Notes under the pieces: generated by a model
Database searches by the model: none
What the model was told of the DNA's origin: nothing
Seen by the model: only the letters and a program-made list of their open reading frames with translations
Position numbers and translations under genes: made by a program
Shown here: one piece after another, positions 38,742-53,000 of the stretch
Layout: every line of letters starts with the position of its first letter
How positions within the stretch are numbered: position 1 is the first letter of the stretch
Origin: Magallana gigas
Lineage: Eukaryota
Assembly (NCBI RefSeq): GCF_963853765.1
Contig: NC_088858.1
Span: forward strand, 55,118,001-55,182,000
Direction: 5' to 3'
Length of the DNA: 64,000 nt

Positions 38742-39049
38742 TTAAAGCCTGAATATTGGAGGAAAAAACAAACAAAAATAAGCAAATTATACAAAGAAAC
38801 TAACTTTTAATTAAAAAAAACTTGATTCTGTGCTTCATCTGGCTCATCATTGTTTGATAAAGTCAAATATCAAGGCAACGCTTTGGACATTAATATTAAT
38901 GACAAATTGAAAGACAGATTCTCACAAAGAACAAAGCTATATACATGTATACACCAGAATACCAGTATTTGCATATCATACAGATTCATGATTTCACAGA
39001 CATCAACACCACACGTAGAGTAAGGTAGTTAGAACTCAAGGCATCAGTG

Positions 39050-39200
39050 TCTCACGGAGGTTTGTCATGTACTTAACATGGGTTTCTAACAAAAACTTGC
39101 CTCACGAAGGTTTGCCATGTACTTAACATGGGTTTCTAACAAAAACTTGCACCACGAAGGTTTGTCATGTACTTAACATGGGTTTTCTAACAAAAACTTT
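39050..39200. repeat. 50-bp tandem repeat, 3 copies
   Basis: AGGTTTG(T/C)CATGTACTTAACATGGG at 39058, 39108 and 39158. Confidence 0.95.
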
Positions 39201-41069
39201 GGTTTACTACACATTTTAGTTCTAACATTACAATTTACTCACTTCTATTTTGACTTTTGCGTGCTTGGAAGTTTGTAAAAAATCTATATATAAAGTTAAA
39301 ATGTGCTGAACAATTAATTTCATTGCTGTTTAAACAAAAACTAATTGTAAAACTGTGAGCAAATACCTGTTTTACATTTTGCTCCCCAAAAAATAATGAT
39401 ACAAGTATAAAGAAAATGATAAAGTTAAACAGATACTGATTAATTAAAGCACCATCACCATAACACAATACTTGTCATCTGATTAGGGACTATAGGATGG
39501 ATCTTAGAACTTGTAGACAAGTAAACAATTACCCGGTAGTATTATTCTTTGTTTAGTTCACATGTACTCAAACTTTTCAGGATAAACGTCAGTGTTCACA
39601 CTTTCTCAGTATGCTTCAACAAACATAAAAGTAATACATATGTAAACTGAAAGTACTAACAAAATACACAAAAATGTACAAAAATAAAAATGGATTTCAT
39701 AACAATCACTAACACATGACAAAGCACCATCAATATAAAGTCACCCACGTCAGAGTATTACGTGTACATAGTCAATACATAAAGTTTATCGAAATTGCAC
39801 CTAGGTAACTTACTCCAGACTTGTACTTCAACTACTGTATGTAAATATTAAAGAAACATACATGTTTGCTACAATGAATACGGTAGATTCCTAATTAAAA
39901 GCCAGGAATTAATATCCACATAAAATTGCTAGAACCACATCTCGTGGATTTTAAATTCTTGCTTTTATTTTTCAGACAGATTTGAACTAAACGTCTCTTT
40001 GATAAAAATTTGGCATACATAATTTCATATTCTCACGATTTGATTCAAAATGGTTGATGGGATAAAGTACTTGGGTAAAATGAGGAATCTACTGTACTCT
40101 ACCACGTCCAGTATCTACCGTAGTTCAATAAACAATTTGTTTCATAGAGTACCGGTAATTACTACAAGTCTAGTTTTTAACATCTAAGTCCTTAACAATG
40201 TGATTAAATAGAAAGATAAATAAACAGAGATTCTTCTCTCAATCTCACAATCCATATACTTGTTCTCCTGTTCATGAAAGTGTCCACACTGATAGAAAAG
40301 ACCAATGACATAAAGTTCATTCATTCGCTGAGTTCTGAACTCAAAATCTGTGAGGATAATCTTCTGTTGCAGACTTTGGTGATAACCTACTGATCTATCT
40401 CACAGGTAATTTAACCATCACTGCTATTAAGTCCAGATTTACAAATATAATGAAGATGGTATCATCCATATACAACCATTCATATTTCTAATTCAAAACT
40501 CCAGTAACCAGTTTCCATCAAATCTTTTGAATCTTTTTTCTACAAAATCAGAAGTTTTTTTTAAGATGAATAGTTCATATTATCACACATCGGTTAAAAT
40601 GTTTCAAAGTAAAATTTTATGAGGTAAAACTTTATTTTTTTTATTAAAATTCAAAACTATCCACTCTCAGAAAATGTTAATCGAAATTTTGAAACCAATA
40701 TCATGACCAATTTTGATTTCAACATGCTGTGATTTCTACTTCTGGAGTATGTATCCTAACAAGAGGCTCTGCTATTCAATGTAACCTGACATTAAGACCA
40801 ATCGCAAGGGAGACATTGATGCATGAATGAGAAGTTGGGATTGCAACCGTTTTAAAGCTGCTTGGTCTGATTTCACTAAACTACCAATATAAAAACACCC
40901 CTCCCCATGCTCAAAAACCACAGACCCAGGGTTCATAAAATACATCAGTGCTATGTACTCGGGTTGACAACTTGATGCCTAGGGGTAGAGAAGAAAACTT
41001 TTGAAGAATAAATACCACTGTTAGTAAGAAAATATTTCTTAAATAATATCATTTCACCTTTGACATGTT

Positions 41070-43706
41070 TCACTTTTTTCTTCTGTTCATCTCAAAAACA
41101 GTTGTATCTTCGTCGTCATCATCATCATCAGCATCTAATGGTGCCATCTCATAATCTGCCCCACGACCAGATATCAAACCGTATTTCTTTGTCTTGTTGC
41201 GTTTCCTTCTCAACCTAAAAAATTAAATCAAAATGTCTCAAAAATTTACACGACTTTATCTTTTGGAGATGTTACCGTATTCAGCTGTAACATTTAATGT
41301 GACATCATGTCTTAAAATTCAGCTCCAACTTGGGTTGATTGTTGTTTTTAAAGTGGAGACATATCTGTTTGTCTTGCCCACTTCAATTCAGTAGCTCAAA
41401 TGTCATTCTAAATATATTACTTACTATTTAAAATAACATGGATATCCAACTTGTTGAGAATGAGATTAAATCTTAACTCAGACTTCCTGAATATCTAACA
41501 GCTGTTAGTGAAGGCAAATGTCTAACAGGGAAGTGAATGTAAAGTTGTAAACACATCTGAAATCCACAATGACATGATCCTCTCCTACTCACGGGTCATG
41601 GCTGCTTGAATACATTATTATACTGCTGAACACATGAATTCATATGTCTAAGAGTATGTCACATTTAAACCCAAGCAGAGGATAGGTGGCCCCGACCTGT
41701 TGACATGCACTGAATTTTTATTGATAGGCTGTTAAATGTACAGTAAAACATGTTTATAGCGAACACACTTATAATGAATTGACGCTTACAGCAAAGTGAT
41801 TTTCATTCCCAGTAATTCTATTACATGTTGTAAACTTCAATTACTTGACGGATACAACAAATTATGCTTATAACGAAGCAAAATCGTCTGTCCCTGGCAT
41901 TTCGTTATAAGCGTGTATTACTGTATTGCAAGTAGTATATATATATACACAATTTTTAACTGCACATTTATGGCTTATTGATAGAAATTCAGAGGCCTTT
42001 GGTGAGACGTAAGAGGATCAGACAGTCTGATCAGACCCAACCTAACACCAGAGCAGACCCCAACTAAACCCCGGGTTTACTTTCGGGGTGTACCTGAGGA
42101 CAACTCTGGGTCTGCTTTTTGAAAATTTGCGTTCACTCGGGGTTTAGTTTGGGTCCACTTGCCAGTCCGGGTTTACTTTGGGTCCACTCAGGGTTTACTT
42201 TGGGTTTGCTTTCTGGGTCAACTGTAAGCACTGAAGTGTGAAGCAGACCTGTCTTTTATCTTACATGTACAATCTTACTGCTTGTAATTCCTGCCCCTTG
42301 TATATTTCAAAAACACATGTAGCATCTGCTTTCAGGGGTATACTTCTGATTGTGCTTTACTCTCTGGGTCCACTCTAGTAAACCCAGAGTAAACCCAAAA
42401 AGTAAACCCCGGGTTTAGTTGGGGTTTACTTTCTGTTAGGTTGGGTCTGATCGGTACTGAGCAGTGTATGATTTACATTGGAAGTGGTTTGCAAGTTGCG
42501 ACCATGAAAATGAATTGAACTAAATGTAACATTGAGATGAAAGGTTAAATGGAAACATTGTGAATAGGACCACGAATAGACTAAATAGGCATGAAAAGAC
42601 AAAATAATAACATATATGAATAGATAGCAGCATGAATTTATAAACAAATAGCAGCATGAATGAATAAATAGCAGCATGAATGAATAAAAAGCAGCATGAA
42701 TGAATAAATGGCAGCAGAATGATTAAATAGCAGCATGAATGAATAAAAAGCAGCATGATGGAATAAATAGCAGCATGAATGATTAAATAACAGCATGAAT
42801 GAATAAATAGCAGCATGAATGATTAAATAGCAGCATGAATGAATAAATAGCAGCATGAATGAATAAATAGCAGCATGAATGAATAAATGGCAACAGAATG
42901 ATTAAATAGCAGCATGAATGAATAAATAGCAGCATGATGGAATAAATGGCAGCATGAATGAATAAATAGCAGCATGATGGAATAAATAACAGCATGAATG
43001 AATAAATAGCAGCATGAATGATTAAATAGCAGCAAGAATGATTAAATAGCAGCATGAATGAATAAATAGCAGCATGAATGAATAAATAGCAGCATGAATG
43101 ATTAAATAGCAGCATGAATGAATAAATAGCAGCATGAATGAATAAATAGCAGCATGACTGAATAAATAGCAGCATGATTGATTAAATAGCAGCATGAATG
43201 AATAAGTAGCAGCATGAATGAATAATTAGCAGCATGAATGAATAATTAGCAGCATGAATGAATAAATAGCAGCATGAATGAATAATTAGCAGCATGAATG
43301 AATAAATAGCAGCATGATTGATTAAATAGCAGCATGATGGAATAAATAGCAGCATGAATGAATAAATAGCAGCATGATGGAATAAATAGCAGCATGAATA
43401 GACCATTTACCTCCAGGCTCTGACGCCGAAGTAAATCACAACGATAGCAGTGACTCCTATCAGGACGTAGAACGCCCTCATCAACATATCCTTGTTATCT
43501 TTTATGGTTTCCATTATTGTCTTCTCCTTCACCGTGTCATTGCTGGTGCTCGTAAGCGGCGCCACTGCCGTCGTGTTAACGGTCAACGTTGTGTCTGGCG
43601 TCACCGACGTCGTACTGCCATCATCGCCAGCATCAACACATGGCAGAGTGGAGAATACTGAACAGAAAACTAAGAACGAAAATAAATAAACGCATCCCGA
43701 AACCAT
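41070..43706 (-). CDS. FAM174: FAM174 (DUF1180) family single-pass membrane protein, 146 aa
   Basis: Exons 43706-43411 and 41214-41070 (phase 2). Signal peptide, Thr-rich ectodomain, TM RAFYVLIGVTAIVVIYFGVR, then RRKRNKTKKYGLI..EMAPL.DDDDEDTTVFE. Confidence 0.85.
42023..42459. mobile_element. MITE with ~60-bp TIRs (CAGT...ACTG) in the FAM174 intron
   Basis: GATCAGACCCAACCTAAC...CCCCAACTAAACCCCGGG is mirrored at the right end. No TSD seen. Confidence 0.7.
42620..43400. repeat. 20-bp minisatellite (AAATAGCAGCATGAATGAAT)n
   Basis: Direct; it explains the spurious MLLFIHSCCYL ORFs. Confidence 0.97.
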
Positions 43707-44097
43707 TTTGACAGATATTTAGAGCGTCATATGACTGTCATTTAGTCATCATCATCATGGATAAGAACAACAAATCGTGGACACATCACAAGATTTTACG
43801 GAAGTGGAAGCATAGGATTTTGTGAGGCGTACGCTGTATGTCTCGTGTTGAGGTAATACCTGATTATTTTTGCAGAATGAAAACTGAAGAATGCCATCAA
43901 AGTAAATTCTGAATAAATCGGTACTTATGCATAGCATTTTTAACAATTAGAACTAAAATCATGTATGGTTTGTAAACATCCGACATAACAATGTACACCT
44001 TAACAAAAGACTTTTGGCGCAAAAATTGAAATTAGCTGTCAAAAAATGAACAGCTCCAAAACATAAGGCGGGTATAAGCAGGCGATGTGGGTTAATC

Positions 44098-47000
44098 ATG
44101 AATAATAACCTGCAAACAGGTAGATATGACATAGGAGAAGAACTCTTCCAGATCGATGACCGAAATGATCAGGTAAAGCAAATACTAGATAGAGTATTCT
44201 ATCGTTAAAATGACAGATGTCCTACGGACCCGGTTTAACTTGCTGCGACCTGAGCGTAGCCTGGTCACGGAAAGATTATTCTTTCTTAGCAGAGACATAT
44301 ATAACATTATTTAATTTATGTTATTTATCACTGTTTATGTCTCTGGGTAAAGCTTCTGGCTAACGTTTCAAACATGCATATGTTGCTTTTCTGAGTTTTC
44401 ACATCGTTGGTCTGAACACACACCTGAGAAATAAATAACAACACAGTAGATCAGTAATGAGGATTTTCTAAAAAGTGTATTCTGTTGTTTAATACCATAA
44501 ACCTTGGTGAATGACAAATATACTCGATTGTCATGTTTGTGAAATTCACCATTTTAGTCGCAATAACTATATAAAAGGAAGATATATTATACAAAAATTG
44601 ACCTGGGTTGAGGGCAACATTGATTATATTAGCCCCCGAGGGACGAAATATTGTCCGACGCAGAACGGAGGGCAATATTTAATATGTTTATTCAACAATC
44701 AAGGGCCCTCGTGGGGCATATGCATTATAACAATAAAACAACATGATTATAACAAGTAATGGATGAGATATATAAATATTGTACTGATAAGTAAGCATAG
44801 TAAGTTACAATGGGAGGTACATTTGATATAACACACATCAAGTTGTCATACACATATGCAAGGGTATATATACATTTATTTGCAAGTCCACAATCCCTCA
44901 AAACAATGTGTTATTATTGATACAAACATATTATATACAGCCCCACATATGTATTTGTATTCTATATACAATTGTATGTAGACATATTATATAGAGATGG
45001 GACGATGCACCCGTGCATCACGGTATTTATTTTGACGATATTTGGATTGATACATTTACCATTAATACAACGATACCTAAGCGAACTTTTTTTTTATTTT
45101 TCAAAAATATCCGAGCTTCATATATCAGCTATTTTTAGTCTGCGCGCCTAATTTGAAAGAACAAAGATGGCAGAAGACCTCGTAAAGTTGTCAAAACTCT
45201 TAAGAAGCTAAATCTGGAGTGTGGACAACTTTTGGATTACTTGTTTATGAAAAAGTAGTGTATATGAGACTTAAGTAATTTGTAAATGGTGCATCGCTCA
45301 TTTTAAATATATCAAAATAACTTTGGACATGCGGTAATACATTGGCAGATTGAATTGATTTTTAACCCTTATTCATGTTTTCATGTAGTTGCAATGTATC
45401 GTGATATGTATTGTATTGCATCTCATGTATCGTGATATGTACCAAATTGGCTAAGTACAGAATCGTCCCAGCCCTAATATTATATAACTTTGCATTTGTG
45501 ATATATTTTCAAGGTAGGACAGTTAGTGGAAGGATAATATTTTATATAGAGGGTTGAAAACTGTATTTTGTTGGCCTGACCACATGGGGCACCAAGGGAA
45601 AATGCCTATTGCAGCATATGGCTATGCATTTCGTCAGAGCCATATCTGTGCGGTCTTGTACCCAGTCCTAAGCACTCTGGCCAGCTTAAAGGAGCAAAAG
45701 TTTTGACGTGTTGTCTTGACTACAAGACAATGCCTTTTCAACAGTCAGTGCATTGTTGGCAACTTGACAGTCAGTCTTGTACCCCATGCAGTCTACACAG
45801 CTTGTGAGTGTATCCCTGGGAGACTAATATAATCAATGTTGCCTGAAAACACAATAAACATTTATTTTGTTATATAAAGAAACAAACCAAAAAACGAGAA
45901 TGAATTTGAAAATAGATCGGTGTGATTTCTCAGCTTGATATAGAATTCACAAATTTAATTTCACACAAAGTCTATTTCCAAAATATTGTTGGCATCAGAT
46001 GGCCACTATATATATATATTGATCTGCCGATGCCTATATGCTACATTAATTAAGCTACAGATGTTGTACCTGATTTTACTTTACAAATTCCGAAATCCTT
46101 ATATCCATTATGATAGCAAATTTTTGCATTGTTTGTCCATTGTTTACTTGCCTTAACTGATTGCTTATTATGACGTCACCTTGTTTTGAGTCACGAAGAT
46201 GTATTTACATCACCATTTACAAATCAACAAATTCGAAACATAGAGAGAAATATTCTCTAAATATTATTCCTAGCTGGTCAATATTTTTTGGATGAGCTTA
46301 TATTTTAATTATTGACTATTCATCTATATAGAGTTATATAGTAAGAATATACTACTGAATATAACAATATTATATATTGCCTGAGATTGTATTAAATATT
46401 TGAAAAGGATTTTTTAGCTTACAAATCCAACAAACTTGCTATGGGCAATAGTCACAAGACAAGGCATAATATCCCTTGCATGTGGGTCCTGTAAAAGGAC
46501 TCATTTTCCATTTGAAAATTGATAGTTTTTTCCCAAAACTAATTGAAAAATCTGTGTTGTATTGTGTTATAAAAGATACTAGAATGCTGAGTGAGACATA
46601 CTTGATATATCTGTCAATTAAATATTTGAGTGTTCTGTTAATTAAGTGTGTTTTATTATGATGAAAACATTAATTCAATGATTATACATGTGTAATATGC
46701 AAATGAAAACCAAGAAAACTGTATAGATAAGAATTGTTGTTTTTTGCTAACTTGCATCTAGCCATATTTATACACAGTAAAACACGGTTATAGCAAACAC
46801 GCTTATAATGCATTGACCCTTACAGCGAAGTGATTTTCAATCCTCGTAACAAATTATATTTATAACGAAGTAAAATTGCCCGTCCTTGTCACTTAGTTAT
46901 AAGCATGTTTTACTGTATTTTTCCCAAAAGAGCAATTTTTCGACAAAAAATACCCAATTGAAAGGGTACAGGATCCTGCACCAAAAAGGGTCAATTAGCC

Positions 47001-50000
47001 CTGCAAGAATAAGTCTTCTGTGATGTTCCAGCGCCTGTCTAGGTTCTGATAACAATCTCTCATCTGCCAGAGAATAATTACTCGGGTCCCAGGGTGGGAC
47101 GGGTGTTAGATAGGGACCCTGGTTCTGAGGCGTACTGTTTATTGGAGCTAATGGATTAACACCCTGGCCTAAAAAAAAAAGAATACCTTATGTGTGACAC
47201 TACCATGATAGCAATCTAATAAAAAAAAAGAATGCCTTATATGTGACACTACCATGATAGCAATGCTTTGGAAAATATTACCCAGTTGTAACATCATTTG
47301 ATTTTAACTTAAGAAAAAATTGTGTGGCTTGATCCACAGAGTCAGATACTGAGCAAGTTGCCAAATGTGGATCAACAGATCAAATGAGATGTTTCACTTT
47401 GGATCAAGTTACTGATATGATAATATATATTCACTAAAATCACATGATAGGAATTATATTGCCATTAAGCCCATTTTTTTTATTTTTGCACGAAGTACAT
47501 ATAATATATTTTATACATACATGTATTATATTTTATAGGAGAAGCAGTGGTTGGTATCACTCATTGACACATTCCCAATCATTAGAGGCCACTGCTCTGA
47601 CGATGAGTTTCACAGATTTTTGTTGGGGCTGAGGCGACTAGTGCGGAGGCAGTTTGTAGAGTACAAGCTGGTCAGTGTCGGGGAATTGTTGGACTGCAAG
47701 GATGGCTTCTGTGTGAACATTCAGTCCAAGGAAAGTCCAGAGGCCCACACTCAGAATTCCAGGCAATCTCACAGGTAATTGAAATATTTATTAACCAGAG
47801 GGGCAACACTAATGAGATTCAGATATGTTTTGATTTTATTCCATTGTACAAAGGGATCAATTGGGCACAAGTTATAAAAAATAGAGGTACTTAGAGACAA
47901 TACATTTAGTTGCATTATGATGTATCAAGTTCCTTTATAATTTTAATGTGTAGAAATTTTGCATATTGAAGTATTTGTATTTATCCATTCCTAATATTGT
48001 AAGATTAAATGAAATGATAAAATGTGTCATTTTCTAATTTGTCCCCATTCAAGCAGGAGAGTTTTGTATGGGCAGTTTGTATGTCAGACTCTGAGACATG
48101 ATGACCAGGTATCAGGCGTTCAACTACAGGACAACACAGGAGCCATTGACTGCAAGGTATTCCTCAAACCACTGAAAGGTCTTGTATAGTATGGTCATTG
48201 TGGAGAGGAGTCCACTACTTGAATGAATAAAGACTGATGGAAACATAAACTTATTTTATGGATATAGCTGGTTATCTTTGTCGCTTAGTTTAAACATTTG
48301 AAAATATAACTGTAAACCAACTTTTATTTAGGTTCAAGAAATGGTCACATTCACGAGAGCCTTGTCAATGCAAATATTTCTCACTGCAAACCAATCATCA
48401 TCTGCATCTTGTATAATAGTCTCCAGATAATATACATCTTGATCATGATAATAGTCACTGCGAACCAGTTAATCTCCAGTTAATTGTGAAATAAAGTCAT
48501 CAGTAATCAAAGTGGGTTTACAGTATATACAGGATAAGCTCTGAATTGTAATACAGACTCCTCTGTTGCCACAACTTGGTAAGGAGGTCTGTTTTGTTAA
48601 AATCATTTAATGATTGTAAAGTTTAGAATGATGACCATGTTTTCCAAATTGAATCTCTTCATTATGTCAGTAGGTTATACTTTCTTTTACAGGTGATTGA
48701 ATCTATCAGACATAACTTTCTATTACAGGTGACTGAATCTATCAGACATAACTTTCTATTACAGGTGACTGAATCTATCAGACATAACTTTCTATTACAG
48801 GTGACTGAATCCATCAGACATAACCTGATTTGTACCAAGGATTCCTGGTGTATTCTGACATCATGGAGACTGGTCTCAAATGAAACAGGTTAGTAATGAC
48901 TGATTTGGATGAAATAGTTTAGTAATAACTAATATCTAATGAAACAGTTCAGTAATGACTGATATCTGATGGAACAGGTTAGTAATGACTGATGTCTGGT
49001 GAAACAGTTAAGTAATGACTGATATCTGATGAAACAGGTTAGTTATGACTGATATCTGATGTATCAGGTTAGTAATGACTGATATCTGATGGAACCGATT
49101 AGTAATGACAGATATCTGATGTATCAGTGTAGTAATGACTGATATCTGATGGATCAGGTTAGTAATGACTAATATCTGATGGAACAGATTAGTAATGACT
49201 GATATCTGATGGAACAGGTTAGTAATGACTGATGTCTGGTGAAACAGTTAAGTAATGACTGATATCTGATGAAACAGGTTAGTTATGACTGATATCTGAT
49301 GAAACAGGTTAGTAATGCCTGATATCTGATGGAACCGATTAGTAATGACAGATATCTGATGTATCAGTGTAGTAATGACTGATATCTGATGGATCAGGTT
49401 AGTAATGACTGATATCTGATGGAACAGATTAGTAATGACTGATATCTGATGGAACAGGTTAGTAATGACTGATGTCTGGTGAAACAGTTAAGTAATGACT
49501 GATATCTGATGAAACAGGTTAGTTATGACTGATATCTGATGAAACAGGTTAGTAATGCCTGATATCTGATGGAACCGATTAGTAATGACAGATATCTGAT
49601 GTATCAGTGTAGTAATGACTGATATCTGATGGATCAGGTTAGTAATGACTAATATCTAATGGAACAGATTAGTAATGACTGATATCTTATGAAACATGCT
49701 AGTAATGACTGATATCTGATGAAACAGGCTAGTAATTACTGATATCTGATGGAACAGGTTTGTAATGACTGATATCTGATGTATCAGTGTAGTAATGACT
49801 GATATCTGATGTATCAGTGTAGTAATGACTGATATCTGATGAAACAGACTGGTAATGACTGATATGAAAATTGTGGACCAAGAACTGGCCAATTTTTTTA
49901 AAAGCAAGTCAATTTATATATTTTTTAGTCTCAAATATTGGGAGGAATAATATGTTATATATAAACTTGTTGATAGTACCCAATATAAACATTAGAATTT

Positions 50001-53000
50001 CCAAAGTCTATGTATATTATTCAATCTTCATGTAAAGTTTGTGTTTATAAAGAGTTTTCTTGCAGGTTTGAATTATATTGAAGTTTCGAGATTCTCTAAA
50101 GAGGAGAATGATCAGAACATGAAGCGAGATATCCGAGTTCTGTCAACTGTAGATGTCTCAACCTTACTGAGAAATAAGTAAAGTATCGCACTATTATTAC
50201 GCATTAATGAGATTAGATATACTCACATTGTGTATAGCCGTAACATTGTTAATTGACCTACAATTTTAGGGATACACTTCATACCAACAGAATAAATGTG
50301 ATTGGAGAGATCAGATGCATCGGTGAAGTTATCAAGTAAGGGTTGTTGTTGTTGTTTGTTGTTACATTTGTTTTCATGGTCCCGGTTTTTCATTAATAGA
50401 ATAGTAAACATGTTATATATTATAAGTTAGGTATGTCATCAATAGAATAATAAATATGATTTTCATTATAAGTTAGGTATGTCATCAATAGAATAATAAA
50501 TAATGTATGTCTTATAAATCAGGTAAGTCATCAATAGAATAAGAAATATGACATTTCTTATAAGTTAGATATGTCATCAATAGAATAATAAATATGACAT
50601 TTATTATAAGTTATGTATGTCATCAAAAGAGTAATAAATATGACATTTATTATAGGTTAGATATGTCATCAATAGAATAATAAATATGACATTTATTATA
50701 GGTTAGGTATGTCATCAAAAGAGTTAGCTGCAGGACTGTAGCTCCCGGTCTGAAAAAATTCGGATGAACGACCTGGGAGCTACAGTGCCTCCCATAGTAA
50801 AAAACTGCAATTTAGGGCGCACAAAAAATTGCGCTAAGTTTGGACTTATTAACCTTATTTTCACACAAATTCTGTAAAAATAATTAGAACCATTAAATTC
50901 TTCAGCAAATTTACTACTGATATCATCACTTTACTTGCCTCAGACTTTCTCTTAAACATGATTACCGACCTCGGAAAATGAAGTATGTTAATTTACGTCA
51001 AGATCGAGAGCCGCCATTTTTAAATGTAAACAAACTTGCACCACTTTAATTGACAGGGCTGGGGATGGTGTTTAAAAGAATATCAGAGGCAAGTGAAGTG
51101 ACAAATACATATGTATCTGTAGTAAAATGTCCGAGGAATTTTTTGGGATTAAATATTTGTACAGAGTATGATCGTAAATGAGATTAATCAGACCGGGAGC
51201 TACAGTCCTGCAGCTACAAAAGAGTAATAAATATGACATTTATTATAAGGAAGGTATGTCATCAAAAGAGTAATAAATATGAAATGTATTATAAGTTGGG
51301 TATGTCATCAATAGAATGATAAATATGGTAGGTATTATAAGTTATGTATGTCATCAATAGAATACTAAATATAGTATTTATCATAAGTTAGGTATGCCAT
51401 CAATAGAATGATAAATATGGTAGGTATTATAAGTTATGTAACTTTGCCAACAATTATTTATTCATCAAGTAAAAATGAACATTTCTTGTTACTATAATGT
51501 AAGCAGATTTTACACATTTTATCATCAAATGATTCATTGCATGATTGTGCTAATACATGATTGTGCTAATACATGATTGTGCTGATACATTATTGAGCTA
51601 GTATACGATTGTGCTAGTACATGATTGTGCTAATACATGATTGAGCTAGTATATGATTGTGCTAGTACATGATTGTGCTGATACATGATTGTGCTAATAC
51701 AAGATGGTGCTAATACATGATTGTGCTAATACATGCTTGTGCTGATACATGATTGTGATAATACATGCTTGTGCTGATACATGCTTGTGCTAATACATGA
51801 TTTTGATAATACATGATTGTGCTAATACATGATTTTGATAATACATGATTGTGCTGATACATGATTGTGATAATACATGATTTTGCTAGTACATGATTGT
51901 GCTGATACATGATTGTGTTAATACATGATTGTGCTGATACATGATTGTGATAATACATGATTTTGCTAGTACATGATTGTGCTGATACATGATTGTGTTA
52001 ATACATGATTTTGATAATACATGATTGTGCTAATACATGATTTTGATAATACATGATTGTGCTGATACATGATTGTGATAATACATGATTTTGCTAGTAC
52101 ATGATTGTGCTGATACATGATTGTGTTAATACATGATTGTGCTGATACATGATTGTGCTAATTACTCAAAGAGTAAGATTGTTTTGATTTTAGTTATGCC
52201 ATTAATTTATGCACCTTCTGGTTTCGAGTAAAGAGTTAAAGTCATGGTAAGCTTAGCATGCAAAGAGTTCATTATTTGTGGGCGAGTTTTTCACTGTGAC
52301 ATCAAATGTGATTTTATTTTTATTTTTTAATTACAGAATTAAAGAGGATCTGATACTTTTAATTGAGTTAGAAAACAGTATTTTCATAATTGTAAAGGTA
52401 AATACACTATTTTATACATACATTATAGCAATTTATTTAGTTTCATTATGCAATGACTACTACTACAAACCATACTTTATTCACAACAATTTTATTTTGT
52501 GATTTACCAGAGATAAGCTGGATTGAGACAACCATTTTTCCCGATTGAACTTTATACACACTTGTTTTTTTTTATGTAACACCCATACAGCAAATAAAGT
52601 TAGTTTACTCTAAACATTTATTTTTTATACTTGTTTGATTTTTAACATCAAGTTACAAAATAAAGCTATAAGAATAAGGATGAGATATAACTATTTAAGA
52701 TGCATATCCTCCAACCTGTTAGATAATAATGCAAAAGAATCAGCCATTAGTTCTTTTAAAAGGTCAAACCTTTCAAATAAAAATGCTGCCGAGCATTTTA
52801 AAAAAAATGTTGTCAGATTTGCAAAGAATAACTCAGTCTTCTCTTTTAAACATCAGATTTAAAAAATGAATTCTGTAACATTGTTATACATGTATATCTG
52901 AATATCTATTGTTTTGTGACAGGACAAGAGGTTCCTTCACTGGCGCGACCTCCTGTCTCCTCACATATATATGTACATCTGCAGGGGTGTGCAATTACAA

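Noticed and set aside
42426-43406. Cluster of Cys/His-rich ORFs (MLLFIHSCCYL...)
   Set aside because: These are translations of the 20-bp minisatellite in all frames, not genes.
48880-49865. 30-bp array as a CRISPR, a hammerhead array (contains CTGATGA and GAAA) or telomere-like repeats (GGTTAG)
   Set aside because: There are no unique spacers and the genome is eukaryotic; no stem II lies between the hammerhead core motifs; GGTTAG is a single hexamer per unit belonging to the donor site.
49656-49907. 83-aa ISVITTLIHQ ORF
   Set aside because: It is the antisense translation of the 30-bp repeat.
50223-50411. Minus-strand 62-aa ORF
   Set aside because: It is the antisense of CTC1 exon 6.
51710-51958. 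82-aa His/Cys periodic ORF
   Set aside because: It is a translation of the 16-bp repeat.
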